In this document: piece by piece, positions 8,483 to 18,003 of the stretch
Layout: each line of letters opens with the position of its first letter
How positions within the stretch are numbered: the first letter of the stretch is position 1
NCBI RefSeq assembly: GCF_000315625.1
Contig: NW_005434407.1
Location: 19,825-53,754, forward strand
Source of the DNA: Guillardia theta CCMP2712
Taxonomy: Eukaryota > Protista > Cryptophyta
Direction: 5' to 3'
DNA: 33,930 nt
The notes under the pieces: model-generated
What the model was told of the DNA's origin: nothing
Seen by the model: only the letters and a program-made list of their open reading frames with translations
The model's database searches: none
Program-made: the position numbers and the translations under genes

Positions 8483-11343
8483 TTGATCTTCCTAAAGATA
8501 GCCCATCTGTTCAAGAAGCTGAATTCTTTAAGATTTGGATCATTATCCAATAGCTGAAGATTATCCTTGATATATTTATCGTTTGTGCTTGATATAGTTT
8601 TATTAAATGTGGTCTCAAACATCTCAGATGATTCTAATTTCAATCCAACCTCATTGCATTTATTTTCTAGGAGACTGAAACTGACAAGGTTTTCAGCAAT
8701 GAACTTTCCTGAATTTTCTATGTAGACATTTATCTGTTTTCCATAAGGACTTCTCTGGTTCTCTGAATAGTTCCTCTTGATTGCCCAAACAACTGCCTCA
8801 CTTGTCGGATCAATCCCAAGCAACGATCCATGGTTTGAATGCAATTTATCCTCAACGGTCTTTCCATCCATAAAGGTGCATATGAAGACACCATCCTTCT
8901 TCAGATTTGATACTACATTGTTGAGGAAGCCACCTAGGCTTGCCTCATCCTGGAAGAAATAGTGGATAGAGAACATGCAAGAGGCAACATCGAATGACAC
9001 ATTGTGATAATCATTAAAGATATTTAGATGGCTAAACTTCTTGTCTGAATAACCTCTCTTTCCTAAAACAATCTTCAAGATATCCTCACTTGTCTTATCA
9101 AGGCCCTTAGCTGCCTCTCCTGATTCTAGCTTATGCTTGCAATCCCCAATAACAAATATCATCGTTGGAAAATATCTATCCTTGTTTTCTTTTTTTGTCT
9201 TGTAATATTTGGTGAGCAATCTCTTGTATATACCACTCACAGGATTTTCTATGTTGTCTTTGACATAATCTACACCAAAGACAAACTTATATCGTGCAAA
9301 CATCCAACGATCTATATCAGAACCCTGACCACAAGCCAGTTCTATGATGTTTCCACGATTGCCTCCCTTTATAGCAGGATATTCATATAGCATGGACTTG
9401 ATTATCCTATTATGGAAGAAGATCATCTTAGATGATATAAGCTTGCTGCTATCCTTGTCATTGAACCTGTTGTAATACTTATCATCGCTGGACAGCTCAA
9501 CATCAATATCGCTCTCTGAAAATTCAATAGATGTCTTACCAGTGATCATATCGTATGTAATAGGCTTTGAGATAGAGCGCCATATGTTCATTGCCACATC
9601 CCAATCATTTGCAGTCTTTGTGATGGGACCTGATCCGAAGTTGTAGATCCTGTTCTTGTCATGTCTTATCCTGTTTGCAATCCAACGCCTCTCATTCGAT
9701 AACATCACATTCTGTGTATTGTATGAGAATTCAACCACGCTGTTGTTCAGTACAAGCTCATTTGTATCAGTTGTATAGCAATTCCCAGTATTCTCATTTA
9801 CTGCAATATGAGCCTTCTGTGCCTTACCCTCTAGAATGTACTCACGGAGCTCATAGATAGAATTCCTATTCCGTGGCTTATATCGCTTATCATATCTTCT
9901 TGTCAAGCCTGTCAATACATCAATCATCTCATTGTTCTCAATATTGAAACCAACATACAATTGGAATTCCTTGTACCTGCTCCCATCTCCATAGGTATGG
10001 AATATGCCCGTCTCCTTCACAATAAACTCGATTGTGTTCTGCTCGGGTGGTTTCCATTTGAATACCCTATCCCATTTCATGTTTGCAGAGACACTCACTG
10101 GCTTGTTTGCATAATAACCAAATACTGGGAGCTTCATTGGAGTGAATACCAGCCCATCAATCTTATAATTGTATGAACTGTGATTGCTTAAGATCTCATT
10201 GCACTTATCAAGGATTGTTTCTCCATCAGATGCATAGAGCTGTTGCTTAACCACAAATTCATGAGATGATGTAGTCTTCATCATGCTCACATGTTTCTTC
10301 ATTATATCATATCTATCGGGAATAAGAGGCAGGTCCTTCACAGATTTTCCATTTAGAAGATAAACATCGAATATTGCAAACAGATCATGCGTGGAATCGT
10401 TCTTGCGCTCTGAACATAAGACCAGTTCGCCATCAAATAGGCTATTCTTGAGTGCAGGTGCATTCAGGCCTGTGCCTCTCACATTCTTTATGTTGTTGAT
10501 AAGGAAGGCCTCACCATCTTTATCAACAAATAACAGGAACCTCTCTCCATCTGCTTTCTCACTCACTGCATAATTCTTCATAATAGATATATAGCCAAGA
10601 TTGTCAGCCCTTCCCATATTGATCCTCTCTAATGTTATGGGCTTTGGTGTGATCAATATAACATCATTTGTCATGGTCTGCAATCGATCATTCAGCATGA
10701 ATTTTATGCATGCAGAGTATTGATCTAAAACTGAATTCTGTTTTGCCATCAATAATGGCCGAATATTACCATACAATGCAAATTCCATCAGCTTGAGGGT
10801 TTCATCAATATCAATCTTGTTGTTCTTTACAACTATCTTGAAATAGTATGTGTAGTTTGCGAGCATGGCCTTGCTCTCTTTGAATGTTCTTGCAGGTCGC
10901 AGGCCATTCTTACATACCTCAACAATGTAATCACAATTGTCATCATAATATGTAACTCTTTTTTTGAGAGAGAAGGACTTTAATCCCTCATTTGAATAAT
11001 CTAATGCATCATTATTTGATAACTTGAAGAGGACTGCCTTGAATGCAGACTCGTAATAATCCTTGAAATTCTCTTCATAATCGATAACCTTGTGATATCT
11101 CTCTACACATTCCATGTTTCCTTGTGTATATTCTTTGATATCCGTAACTCCCTTCACTACCAATATTCCCTTATCATCAAGGATCTCTAATATCTGTTCA
11201 TCGATATCTCTCTTCAAATTTTTTGCCGAAAGAACATTATTGAACATATCAAAATTTGCACCATTGAGAAGACCATCAGAATATATAATCTCAAAGGTTA
11301 CATTAGACGAAGCATCAAACCTTTTTAATACCTCATCCATCAT
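8479..11343 (-). CDS. mRNA capping enzyme (divergent triphosphatase region + guanylyltransferase + cap N7-methyltransferase)
   Basis: GTase motifs SEKADGER, FDGELV, FAIFDVY, IDGLVFTP, KWKPPEQNT and RIRHDK; MTase motifs ELACGQGSD and CMFSIHYFF. First ATG is at 11343. Confidence 0.95.
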   Translation of the reverse strand: MMDEVLKRFDASSNVTFEIIYSDGLLNGANFDMFNNVLSAKNLKRDIDEQILEILDDKGILVVKGVTDIKEYTQGNMECVERYHKVIDYEENFKDYYESAFKAVLFKLSNNDALDYSNEGLKSFSLKKRVTYYDDNCDYIVEVCKNGLRPARTFKESKAMLANYTYYFKIVVKNNKIDIDETLKLMEFALYGNIRPLLMAKQNSVLDQYSACIKFMLNDRLQTMTNDVILITPKPITLERINMGRADNLGYISIMKNYAVSEKADGERFLLFVDKDGEAFLINNIKNVRGTGLNAPALKNSLFDGELVLCSERKNDSTHDLFAIFDVYLLNGKSVKDLPLIPDRYDIMKKHVSMMKTTSSHEFVVKQQLYASDGETILDKCNEILSNHSSYNYKIDGLVFTPMKLPVFGYYANKPVSVSANMKWDRVFKWKPPEQNTIEFIVKETGIFHTYGDGSRYKEFQLYVGFNIENNEMIDVLTGLTRRYDKRYKPRNRNSIYELREYILEGKAQKAHIAVNENTGNCYTTDTNELVLNNSVVEFSYNTQNVMLSNERRWIANRIRHDKNRIYNFGSGPITKTANDWDVAMNIWRSISKPITYDMITGKTSIEFSESDIDVELSSDDKYYNRFNDKDSSKLISSKMIFFHNRIIKSMLYEYPAIKGGNRGNIIELACGQGSDIDRWMFARYKFVFGVDYVKDNIENPVSGIYKRLLTKYYKTKKENKDRYFPTMIFVIGDCKHKLESGEAAKGLDKTSEDILKIVLGKRGYSDKKFSHLNIFNDYHNVSFDVASCMFSIHYFFQDEASLGGFLNNVVSNLKKDGVFICTFMDGKTVEDKLHSNHGSLLGIDPTSEAVVWAIKRNYSENQRSPYGKQINVYIENSGKFIAENLVSFSLLENKCNEVGLKLESSEMFETTFNKTISSTNDKYIKDNLQLLDNDPNLKEFSFLNRWAIFRKIN

Positions 11344-11395
11344 CAATTCTTACTTTAATAATATACAAAAATCTCTTATATGCTTCATTTTTTTA

Positions 11396-12002
11396 TCATA
11401 CCATATAGCTCTCTCCTTGATAATCTGACAGATTTATTACTGCTTTCCTATAAATGAAAGAGATATCAAGTACATATGATAAAAGACGGCACACATAGAC
11501 ATTCCATTTGTTCTCAACTATTCCTGTCATTACACTTGATGTTCCCTTGATGGTTAGAAACTTCTGGACCTCCTTGTTGTCAAGATATTTCTTGATATAT
11601 TCCATGACATATTCTTTGTCATTATCCAATCCTAAGAAATCTATCAAGAAATCAATCGGTGGAAGTTTCTTCTTCATAAGGGTTATGTTCTTCTTCACAA
11701 TCTTGATATTGTTTGTATCATTCACAATATTTTCATCAACCATTTTTCTTCAATCTCCTGCCCATCACATGGCTGGATCTCATCTCTTTCAATCTGTCGA
11801 TCATATGGCTTAATCTCATCTCTTTCAACCTGTCCATCACATGGCTTGATCTCATCTTCATATATTCTCTCTTTTTTGTATTCTTGTTTTTTGCTGTTGG
11901 TTGTTCTTTAATCAGGGACCATTTATGATAAATAGATCTCTGTGTTGGAATAAAATAATCAAATTCTTTTGTTTGATCAATTGCTGCTCTAATCAATTCC
12001 AT
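11396..12002 (-). CDS. Hypothetical protein, probably one gene split by homopolymer frameshift(s) into ORFs 11736-12002 and 11396-11743; contains a 36-bp tandem repeat
   Basis: ORFs overlap by 8 nt at a T5 run (11743-11747). A 36-bp repeat occurs about 2.7 times at 11762-11857. Confidence 0.55.
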
Positions 12003-12029
12003 GTTTTGTATATATTCTGCAAAGAATGT

Positions 12030-12518
12030 TTATATGGTTTGCCTAGACAATATGACATCATCGTATGTTAGTGTGTCTTCAATGAGCTTGTTTGTTGAGC
12101 TTGTGCATTTTTGAAATTTCTTTTTCATCAGATAGAATTTTGTGTTGGTGTTTGTTTTCTTAATCTCCTTAGTATCATCTTTCTCTGCATATTCCTCTTT
12201 GATCTCATCTTGAGCATTCTCTTGAACAATCTCCTCCTCACCTTCGGTGGCGCTAATATCCATGTTCAGATTTTGGCGCATGCTCTCATATTTGTTTATC
12301 TCCTTCCGAGATTCACTACAAAAATCAATATAGTGTCTGATCTTCAACAATACCTCTTCTGACAACCATGATAGATTAATAAAAACTCCATTGTTGTTCC
12401 TACTATATGATGTATTGCTTGAATGCAATATCTTAAATAATTCTTCAACCTCTGCAGTGCTCAATGTGTCCAATTCTGCCTTGATTTTCATACAGGTTTC
12501 CTTACGATCTTCATCCAT
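12030..12518 (-). CDS. NET/extra-terminal (ET)-like domain protein, NCLDV-conserved
   Basis: IKAELDTLSTAEVEELFKIL...SRNNNGVFINLSWLSEEVLLKIRHYIDF resembles the BET ET helix-helix-strand-helix pattern. ATG 12518 has ATATAAG 25 nt upstream. Confidence 0.6.
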   Translation of the reverse strand: MDEDRKETCMKIKAELDTLSTAEVEELFKILHSSNTSYSRNNNGVFINLSWLSEEVLLKIRHYIDFCSESRKEINKYESMRQNLNMDISATEGEEEIVQENAQDEIKEEYAEKDDTKEIKKTNTNTKFYLMKKKFQKCTSSTNKLIEDTLTYDDVILSRQTI

Positions 12519-12562
12519 CTTTATATAATATATCACTCTAAACCTTATATGGTTTGTCAGAT

Positions 12563-13303
12563 CTAATCATCATCAAAGTTAATATCATCAGCCTCATCTG
12601 GAAGATCATCAAATTCATCAATTTGCTCAATGTCATCATCGGCATCAATATCATTGTTGATCTCACTATCATCATCATCCTTATCATCGGTTGCAGACTT
12701 ATTATCATCATCATCATCCTCTTCCTCTTGCTCGATCTCTTCATCCTCATATTTAGGTTCTTCCTCGGTGTATTCATCCTTTTCACAAACAAAGTCTTGA
12801 TTGATCTCTTTATCATCCTTTATTATCTTCCCAATTATGTTGATGCATGTATCATTCAATTTGTATTTCTTTCCACCATACACCTCTACATTGACCATGT
12901 CACCAACCTTGAGAGTATCAATATCAATCTCAGAAACAATGCCCGCCGTGATCCTTGGGATTAAGAATTCGATGATTACATCACCATTGTAGGTATATTC
13001 CGCCTTTGCTGCTGTATGATTGATTGCAACAATACGGCTTCTCAACACTGTTCCTATAGATGGATTGCATATCTCTGCATTGCAAACAATATTGTAACAC
13101 AGCTGACCATTGAAATGCTGTTTGATAATCTCACCACCAGACCTCTTTATTATACTGACACTGCCCTTCTTGACATAGCCATGCTTCATGCACTTGCCCT
13201 CAATCTTGTCCTTTAATTTGCTCAACACCAATTCATTGATGTTTCTTTGTAGATCACTTGGAGATATATGGACAATAGTCTTGAATTTCACTAAAACAAA
13301 CAT
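12563..13303 (-). CDS. rpb7: DNA-directed RNA polymerase subunit RPB7 (E') with long acidic C-terminal tail
   Basis: KIEGKCMKHGYV...SIIKRSGG...CNAEICNP, followed by an S1/OB fold (LKVGDMVNVEVYG...INIIGKI). Confidence 0.88.
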   Translation of the reverse strand: MFVLVKFKTIVHISPSDLQRNINELVLSKLKDKIEGKCMKHGYVKKGSVSIIKRSGGEIIKQHFNGQLCYNIVCNAEICNPSIGTVLRSRIVAINHTAAKAEYTYNGDVIIEFLIPRITAGIVSEIDIDTLKVGDMVNVEVYGGKKYKLNDTCINIIGKIIKDDKEINQDFVCEKDEYTEEEPKYEDEEIEQEEEDDDDDNKSATDDKDDDDSEINNDIDADDDIEQIDEFDDLPDEADDINFDDD

Positions 13304-13352
13304 TGTTCTACTCTAATCTATATTATTATATATCATTTTTCTTTTACTCTTA

Positions 13353-13371
13353 TACACCTTTCAAAGGTCTA
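13353..13371. terminator. Intergenic inverted repeat (hairpin), possible transcript 3'-end signal or transposon footprint
   Basis: TACACCTTT-C-AAAGGTCTA (9-bp arms, 1 mismatch), 21 nt past the stop of ORF 13393-13830. Confidence 0.3.
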
Positions 13372-13392
13372 AAAAGAGAGCATGAATATTGC

Positions 13393-13830
13393 CTACCATA
13401 ATTCTTGAATATCATAAAGCATCCAACAGTGATCATGTTTTACAAACTTGAATTTATAAGGTTTCTTGTTGATAAGCACATTTGTATCATAGTCAAACAC
13501 CTGTACAATCTCATATTCTCTTATCATCTCTGGGAACATCAAATCCTTCTTTAGTGAGAACCGGAGAACACTATCTACGTCTCGTGTCTCCATGCGGCTT
13601 AGAAGGAATAGAGTGATCTCCTTTATAGTCTTGTAAGGAGAAGGCTTTACCTTGTAGTCAACAATGTCTGGATAGGTAGGAACCTCCCCTACAAAGAAGG
13701 AAGAGAAGATTATTGGGATAGGCCTTTGCGGGATAAAATGATTGTAAGGTGGCATATCATTCTGCTGCATCCTGAGTGCAAGCAGTGGTCTGGCCTTCAT
13801 AGGCATATGATTGATGTATAGAAGGCTCAT
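13393..13830 (-). CDS. Hypothetical protein; weak resemblance to DUF4864/NTF2-like algal proteins
   Basis: ATATAAG 32 nt upstream; C-terminal YKFKFVKHDHCWMLYDI. Confidence 0.6.
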   Translation of the reverse strand: MSLLYINHMPMKARPLLALRMQQNDMPPYNHFIPQRPIPIIFSSFFVGEVPTYPDIVDYKVKPSPYKTIKEITLFLLSRMETRDVDSVLRFSLKKDLMFPEMIREYEIVQVFDYDTNVLINKKPYKFKFVKHDHCWMLYDIQELW

Positions 13831-13934
13831 TGCTCCAACTTCATAAGTTATTATGATTTACTCTTATATGGTATATTGGTGTAAATACACAAGATATTCT
13901 AAATAGAGAACAAAATAAACATCACTAGGAATAA

Positions 13935-14444
13935 ATGTATAACTTTATAGAGCCTGTAATACTTAGTGGCACAGACGGTGTGATTACCTGTTTCAATCTC
14001 ATGATTGGATTAGGTGCTGCAGACTTTGACAAGAAACTGATAATGATCATAATTCTTATAGCAATCATTGGTGATTCTATCAGCATGGCTATCTCATACT
14101 TCAATAGCAAGCTGATGGAGACCAAACAGATATTGGATTGGGGGCTTATCCTTCATTCATTATACAATATACTAGCCTTTGTTTTCTTTGGAACACTATC
14201 CCTAGTTATATATCTATACATTACAGACAGACCAACAGTTCTCAATGCATACATATCGATAATCATCCCATTGTTGCTTCTAGGATTATTGCAGATGACC
14301 TATAGAAATGGCAAAGTATCTTTTCTTATAACACTCGTGCTTGGAATGATAGGATCTGTAGTATCATATGTTGCAGGAACTCTTATAAAGATTGTAAATG
14401 AGAGTGTAAAGGACAACAGTGATGTGATAAACAATAGTATATAA
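13935..14444 (+). CDS. VIT1/CCC1-family iron/manganese transporter-like, short form
   Basis: ILSGTDGVITCFNLMIGLGAA (TM1 Asp) and IGDSISMAISYFNS (TM2 Met); five hydrophobic segments. Confidence 0.8.
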   Translation: MYNFIEPVILSGTDGVITCFNLMIGLGAADFDKKLIMIIILIAIIGDSISMAISYFNSKLMETKQILDWGLILHSLYNILAFVFFGTLSLVIYLYITDRPTVLNAYISIIIPLLLLGLLQMTYRNGKVSFLITLVLGMIGSVVSYVAGTLIKIVNESVKDNSDVINNSI

Positions 14445-14466
14445 AGATTTATACAAAGGATTTATT

Positions 14467-14805
14467 ATGATTGCAAACAAACACATGATATTCCTAAGAG
14501 CAGCCGTAGATGAAGCCAACAAGTCAACTATGACAAAGAAACATGGGTGTGTGATCGCTTGCAACAATAAGATCATAGCAAGAGGTTACAATTTTAGATC
14601 AAACAGTCTTAAGTTGTGTTTCAGCATCCACGCAGAGGTATCGGCTATAAACAATGTTGATAAGCAACACACCAATATGAAGAACCTTACAATGTATGTT
14701 GTACGGATTGATAAGAACAACAACCTGATGAAATCAATACCATGTGAACGCTGTGAAAGGTACATACAAAAAAGAAATATAAAGCGGATATATTATTCAT
14801 TGTGA
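14467..14805 (+). CDS. CMP/dCMP-type zinc-dependent deaminase
   Basis: KHGCVI...RGYN, HAE and PCERC motifs. Confidence 0.9.
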   Translation: MIANKHMIFLRAAVDEANKSTMTKKHGCVIACNNKIIARGYNFRSNSLKLCFSIHAEVSAINNVDKQHTNMKNLTMYVVRIDKNNNLMKSIPCERCERYIQKRNIKRIYYSL

Positions 14806-15432
14806 TTATCTTCTTGGCGGATGGAGATCGGCCATAGAGCTTGCAAATGACTGTTCATCTGCAATCTCCTCTTGGATCTCACGCAATAGATTGTTAACCT
14901 CATCTGATACCTCTTCCTCGATTGGAACATGCACCAATAGCAGACCCTTTTGCATAAGATCTGGGACCAGTGTTCTTGTAAAGAATTCATTGGTTGTGTG
15001 TAGAGTTGTCTGAGCAATGACCGATCTCTCTTTGTATGGGATGCTTGTATCTGACAATAGAGGCAATGTATCTCGGATGCCCTTTGCTACATCCCTTATG
15101 AGGTTAGACATTGGAGCTCTCCCTTTCTTCATAGAATAATTCATAAGGCTGCTGAGACCTCCACCTGAAGCATTCAATGCCTTGATTGATTTTATGCTAT
15201 TGGAGATACGGCCAATCTTAAGATTTATCTGTATATATGAATTCTTGATCAACATCTGGCATATTGGTGTAATGTGTCTCTTGCATCTCTCTCTTTCTTC
15301 CCCTAATTGTTCAAACAGATTTGCAATATCATTCAGATCACTGCGTATCATCTTAAGGTACCCTCCTCCATTGTTGCCTTGACTTGGTGATGATCTATTA
15401 TGGCTGCTCATTGCTGTATTGCTTTTTTTCAT
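14806..15432 (-). CDS. Hypothetical protein
   Basis: Long ORF, first ATG at 15432; its stop abuts the deaminase stop. Confidence 0.65.
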   Translation of the reverse strand: MKKSNTAMSSHNRSSPSQGNNGGGYLKMIRSDLNDIANLFEQLGEERERCKRHITPICQMLIKNSYIQINLKIGRISNSIKSIKALNASGGGLSSLMNYSMKKGRAPMSNLIRDVAKGIRDTLPLLSDTSIPYKERSVIAQTTLHTTNEFFTRTLVPDLMQKGLLLVHVPIEEEVSDEVNNLLREIQEEIADEQSFASSMADLHPPRR

Positions 15433-15492
15433 TATTTTGATTATATGATACAAAAATATATAAACATTAGCTTTATTTTGTTATAAAACATT

Positions 15493-15906
15493 ATGTTGAA
15501 GGTTAAATTGCAAGATGGTGCTACAATCCCTAAAAGAGCAACAGAGGGGAGTGCCTGCTATGATCTCTACAGCAATGAAGAGGGCACAATTCCAGCCCAT
15601 TCTAGGAGAATGTTTGATACAGGAGTCTATGTTGAATTCCCTAATCAATTCATGTTGCAAATCCTGTCAAGGTCTGGTCTATCATTGAAACACGGGCTGC
15701 AGGTTGGTGCGGGGATTGTTGACTCAGACTATAGGGGGTCTATCAAGGTATTGTTGTACAATCACAGTGATAGTGCATATCATATTGAGAAGCACGACAA
15801 GATTGCTCAGATGGCCTTGATACACATTGAAACGCCTGACATAGAGGTTGTAAATGAGATAAATGATACCGATAGGGGTGAGAATGGATTTGGGAGCACA
15901 GGATGA
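15493..15906 (+). CDS. dut: dUTPase (trimeric type)
   Basis: Motifs SACYDL, SRSGL, GIVDSDYRG, KIAQ and RGENGFGSTG. Confidence 0.97.
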   Translation: MLKVKLQDGATIPKRATEGSACYDLYSNEEGTIPAHSRRMFDTGVYVEFPNQFMLQILSRSGLSLKHGLQVGAGIVDSDYRGSIKVLLYNHSDSAYHIEKHDKIAQMALIHIETPDIEVVNEINDTDRGENGFGSTG

Positions 15907-16191
15907 TCATGGATCGATGCGTTAAGTTTGATAAATTTTTTTTATCATGACACTCTGTATGAATATCTTGTAGACATCATATGATGATGTGTTGTGACAT
16001 TGCATTAGATCCTAAAATAAAAACACTGATGTAGATGACAACATACAACCTCAGAATACGCTTTCTTTCTATGGAAAATCTCTTTATATTATAATCATAT
16101 GCAGGCATGTTGAGGAATACTATATAAGAATAATCAACAATCATGTGCTTCAGACTAAAGTGTTCAAGAAAATATGTAAGATATCTAATAA

Positions 16192-17301
16192 ATGGACACT
16201 TTGATTTCTTCTCCAGAACCAGTTACTCTCAAAGAACAGATCATGTATAGGATAAAATGGGAACACAAACGCATTGTACATGAAGATGCTGTTGATTATC
16301 TCGAAAAAATCCTCCGCCAACTTGTGCAAGCCTTCATTGATGCTGCTGTTCATATCAAGGACCCCAAGTACAAGACAATGCGATTGGTTGATATGCTTGT
16401 TGGTATACAGATGATACTCAGTATTTCTTATGAGATGCCTGTAAAAACAAAGGTCAACCAAGTTATCAAATATTACAATTATCTTATCCATAAATGCAAT
16501 CTAACTGCAAATGCTGCTATGGCTAAAATGCAAGATATTGAGTTCAAGGCAAACACATTCCAAGAGATGTTCAAGAATTCCTATCCGAACATAAGGGTAT
16601 GCAATGAGGCCTATATTGCCCTACAAGCAGTTTTAGGCCTGATCTTGAGCGACCTGTTCAACACATTCTCATTTCAAAATGTGAGAAATGGATACAAGCT
16701 AGACTTTGTCAAATCTGTCATAGACAAGACCATCTCCTACAGGAATATGTTCTATAGACATAAATACGAACCCACATCTATAGAGATGGAGGCCTTGCCG
16801 CCATTGACAAAGAGCATTTACGACAATCTCATATCTAAGATCCGTGGAACTTGTAAACGGGTAGCACCCGATGCTATGCAACACATACAGTCTCTTGCTG
16901 CAGGCCTGTTGAATAGAATCCTGAAGATCATCCATAAAGACACCAAATGTTCACATGACTATGACTATCTTTATACGGTGCTGCATAAAAATATGCTTGC
17001 AAATCAGCTCTTGACACAGTGTTATGAGTCGTGGTTCGAAAATAATGATATATCATTGAAGACAATAGTTGAGCAGTTCAAGAAAGATACCAAAATCCAA
17101 CATGAGACCATTGTCATTTGGATCAATATGCTATCAGACCCACAGGCTCCAATATTGAATGAAAGCACCATATGGATGATCCATCTGATAGTTGAGTCAT
17201 ATATTATCAACATCCTCGATAAGTCTTGCACATATGCCAAATACATGCAGAGAGCTATCATCACCAGGAAATACATAGAGGTGGTCATGGAATATGTCTG
17301 A
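16192..17301 (+). CDS. Fused histone quadruplet, order H2B-H2A-H4-H3 (divergent)
   Basis: Four consecutive histone-fold-like segments: VHEDAVDYLEKILRQLVQAFIDAA..KYKTMRLVDMLVGIQMIL (H2B); IEFKANTFQEMFK..IRVCNEAYIALQAVLGLILSDLF (H2A); LTKSIYDNL..CKRVAPDAMQHIQSLAAGLLNRIL (H4); LNESTIWMIHLIVESYIINILDKSCTYAKYMQRAIITRKYIEVV (H3). Confidence 0.75.
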   Translation: MDTLISSPEPVTLKEQIMYRIKWEHKRIVHEDAVDYLEKILRQLVQAFIDAAVHIKDPKYKTMRLVDMLVGIQMILSISYEMPVKTKVNQVIKYYNYLIHKCNLTANAAMAKMQDIEFKANTFQEMFKNSYPNIRVCNEAYIALQAVLGLILSDLFNTFSFQNVRNGYKLDFVKSVIDKTISYRNMFYRHKYEPTSIEMEALPPLTKSIYDNLISKIRGTCKRVAPDAMQHIQSLAAGLLNRILKIIHKDTKCSHDYDYLYTVLHKNMLANQLLTQCYESWFENNDISLKTIVEQFKKDTKIQHETIVIWINMLSDPQAPILNESTIWMIHLIVESYIINILDKSCTYAKYMQRAIITRKYIEVVMEYV

Positions 17302-17490
17302 CACAAATAAATTTATATCTCATGTAAAGACTGCTTCAAAGGAGTAATCAATCTCTCCCAAAAATAATGTAGACTTTTATTGACTTTTATTTCTTTTTGT
17401 TCGTATTTGAATGGTTTGAGTATGGATCTATCTATATATTGCTGCTAGAAGAATGTTCAAATTCATTTATATGTGCACTCAAAAGATATC

Positions 17491-17796
17491 CTAGACACCA
17501 TCTTGGTTTGGGTCAAAGTTTAGGAAACATCTAAGCCATGTGATGTCCTTAAAGCGCTTAGGCACTATATGGGACCTAGGCTTCTTGTATGGCCAGCTAT
17601 AGATGCCAAGATCCTTGCATGCCTTTTTCAATGATGTGAGTGAGATTCCGAGAGTGTTAGCAGCATCTCTCTGTTTGAGATGAAAGAGCTGAGCGATGTC
17701 ATTATGTGTCAGACGGACAATCCTGCGTATATAGTGGCTTCTAATGTTTCTTCTGGGATATATAGATATGATATGCTTTTCAGGACTGTGATCCAT
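17491..17796 (-). CDS. RWP-RK domain transcription factor (RKD/MID/NIN-like DNA-binding domain)
   Basis: LTHNDIAQLFHLKQRDAANTLGISLTSLKKACKDLGIYSWPYKK matches the consensus L..YFHLP..EAAK.LG...T.LKK.CR..GI.RWP.RK. Confidence 0.9.
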   Translation of the reverse strand: MDHSPEKHIISIYPRRNIRSHYIRRIVRLTHNDIAQLFHLKQRDAANTLGISLTSLKKACKDLGIYSWPYKKPRSHIVPKRFKDITWLRCFLNFDPNQDGV

Positions 17797-18003
17797 GCTG
17801 GTTTTTATTCATGAATAAGGATATATCTTTATGTATTACAATCTATTTATCACAGAGGTTGGTCTTATAGCATCCAAACACAATTTGTTATGTATTTATA
17901 CATAAATGAGATAACACTCACTAAAGACTTCATTACATTCTGATTTGCTGCTTCGAAAATAAACAAATTGATATTAGGCAAAGAGTGTAATATAGTATAA
18001 ACA

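Noticed and set aside
12538-12964. Met-rich and Ile-rich ORFs overlapping RPB7
   Set aside because: Alternate-frame and antisense shadows of the GAT/GAA acidic tail.
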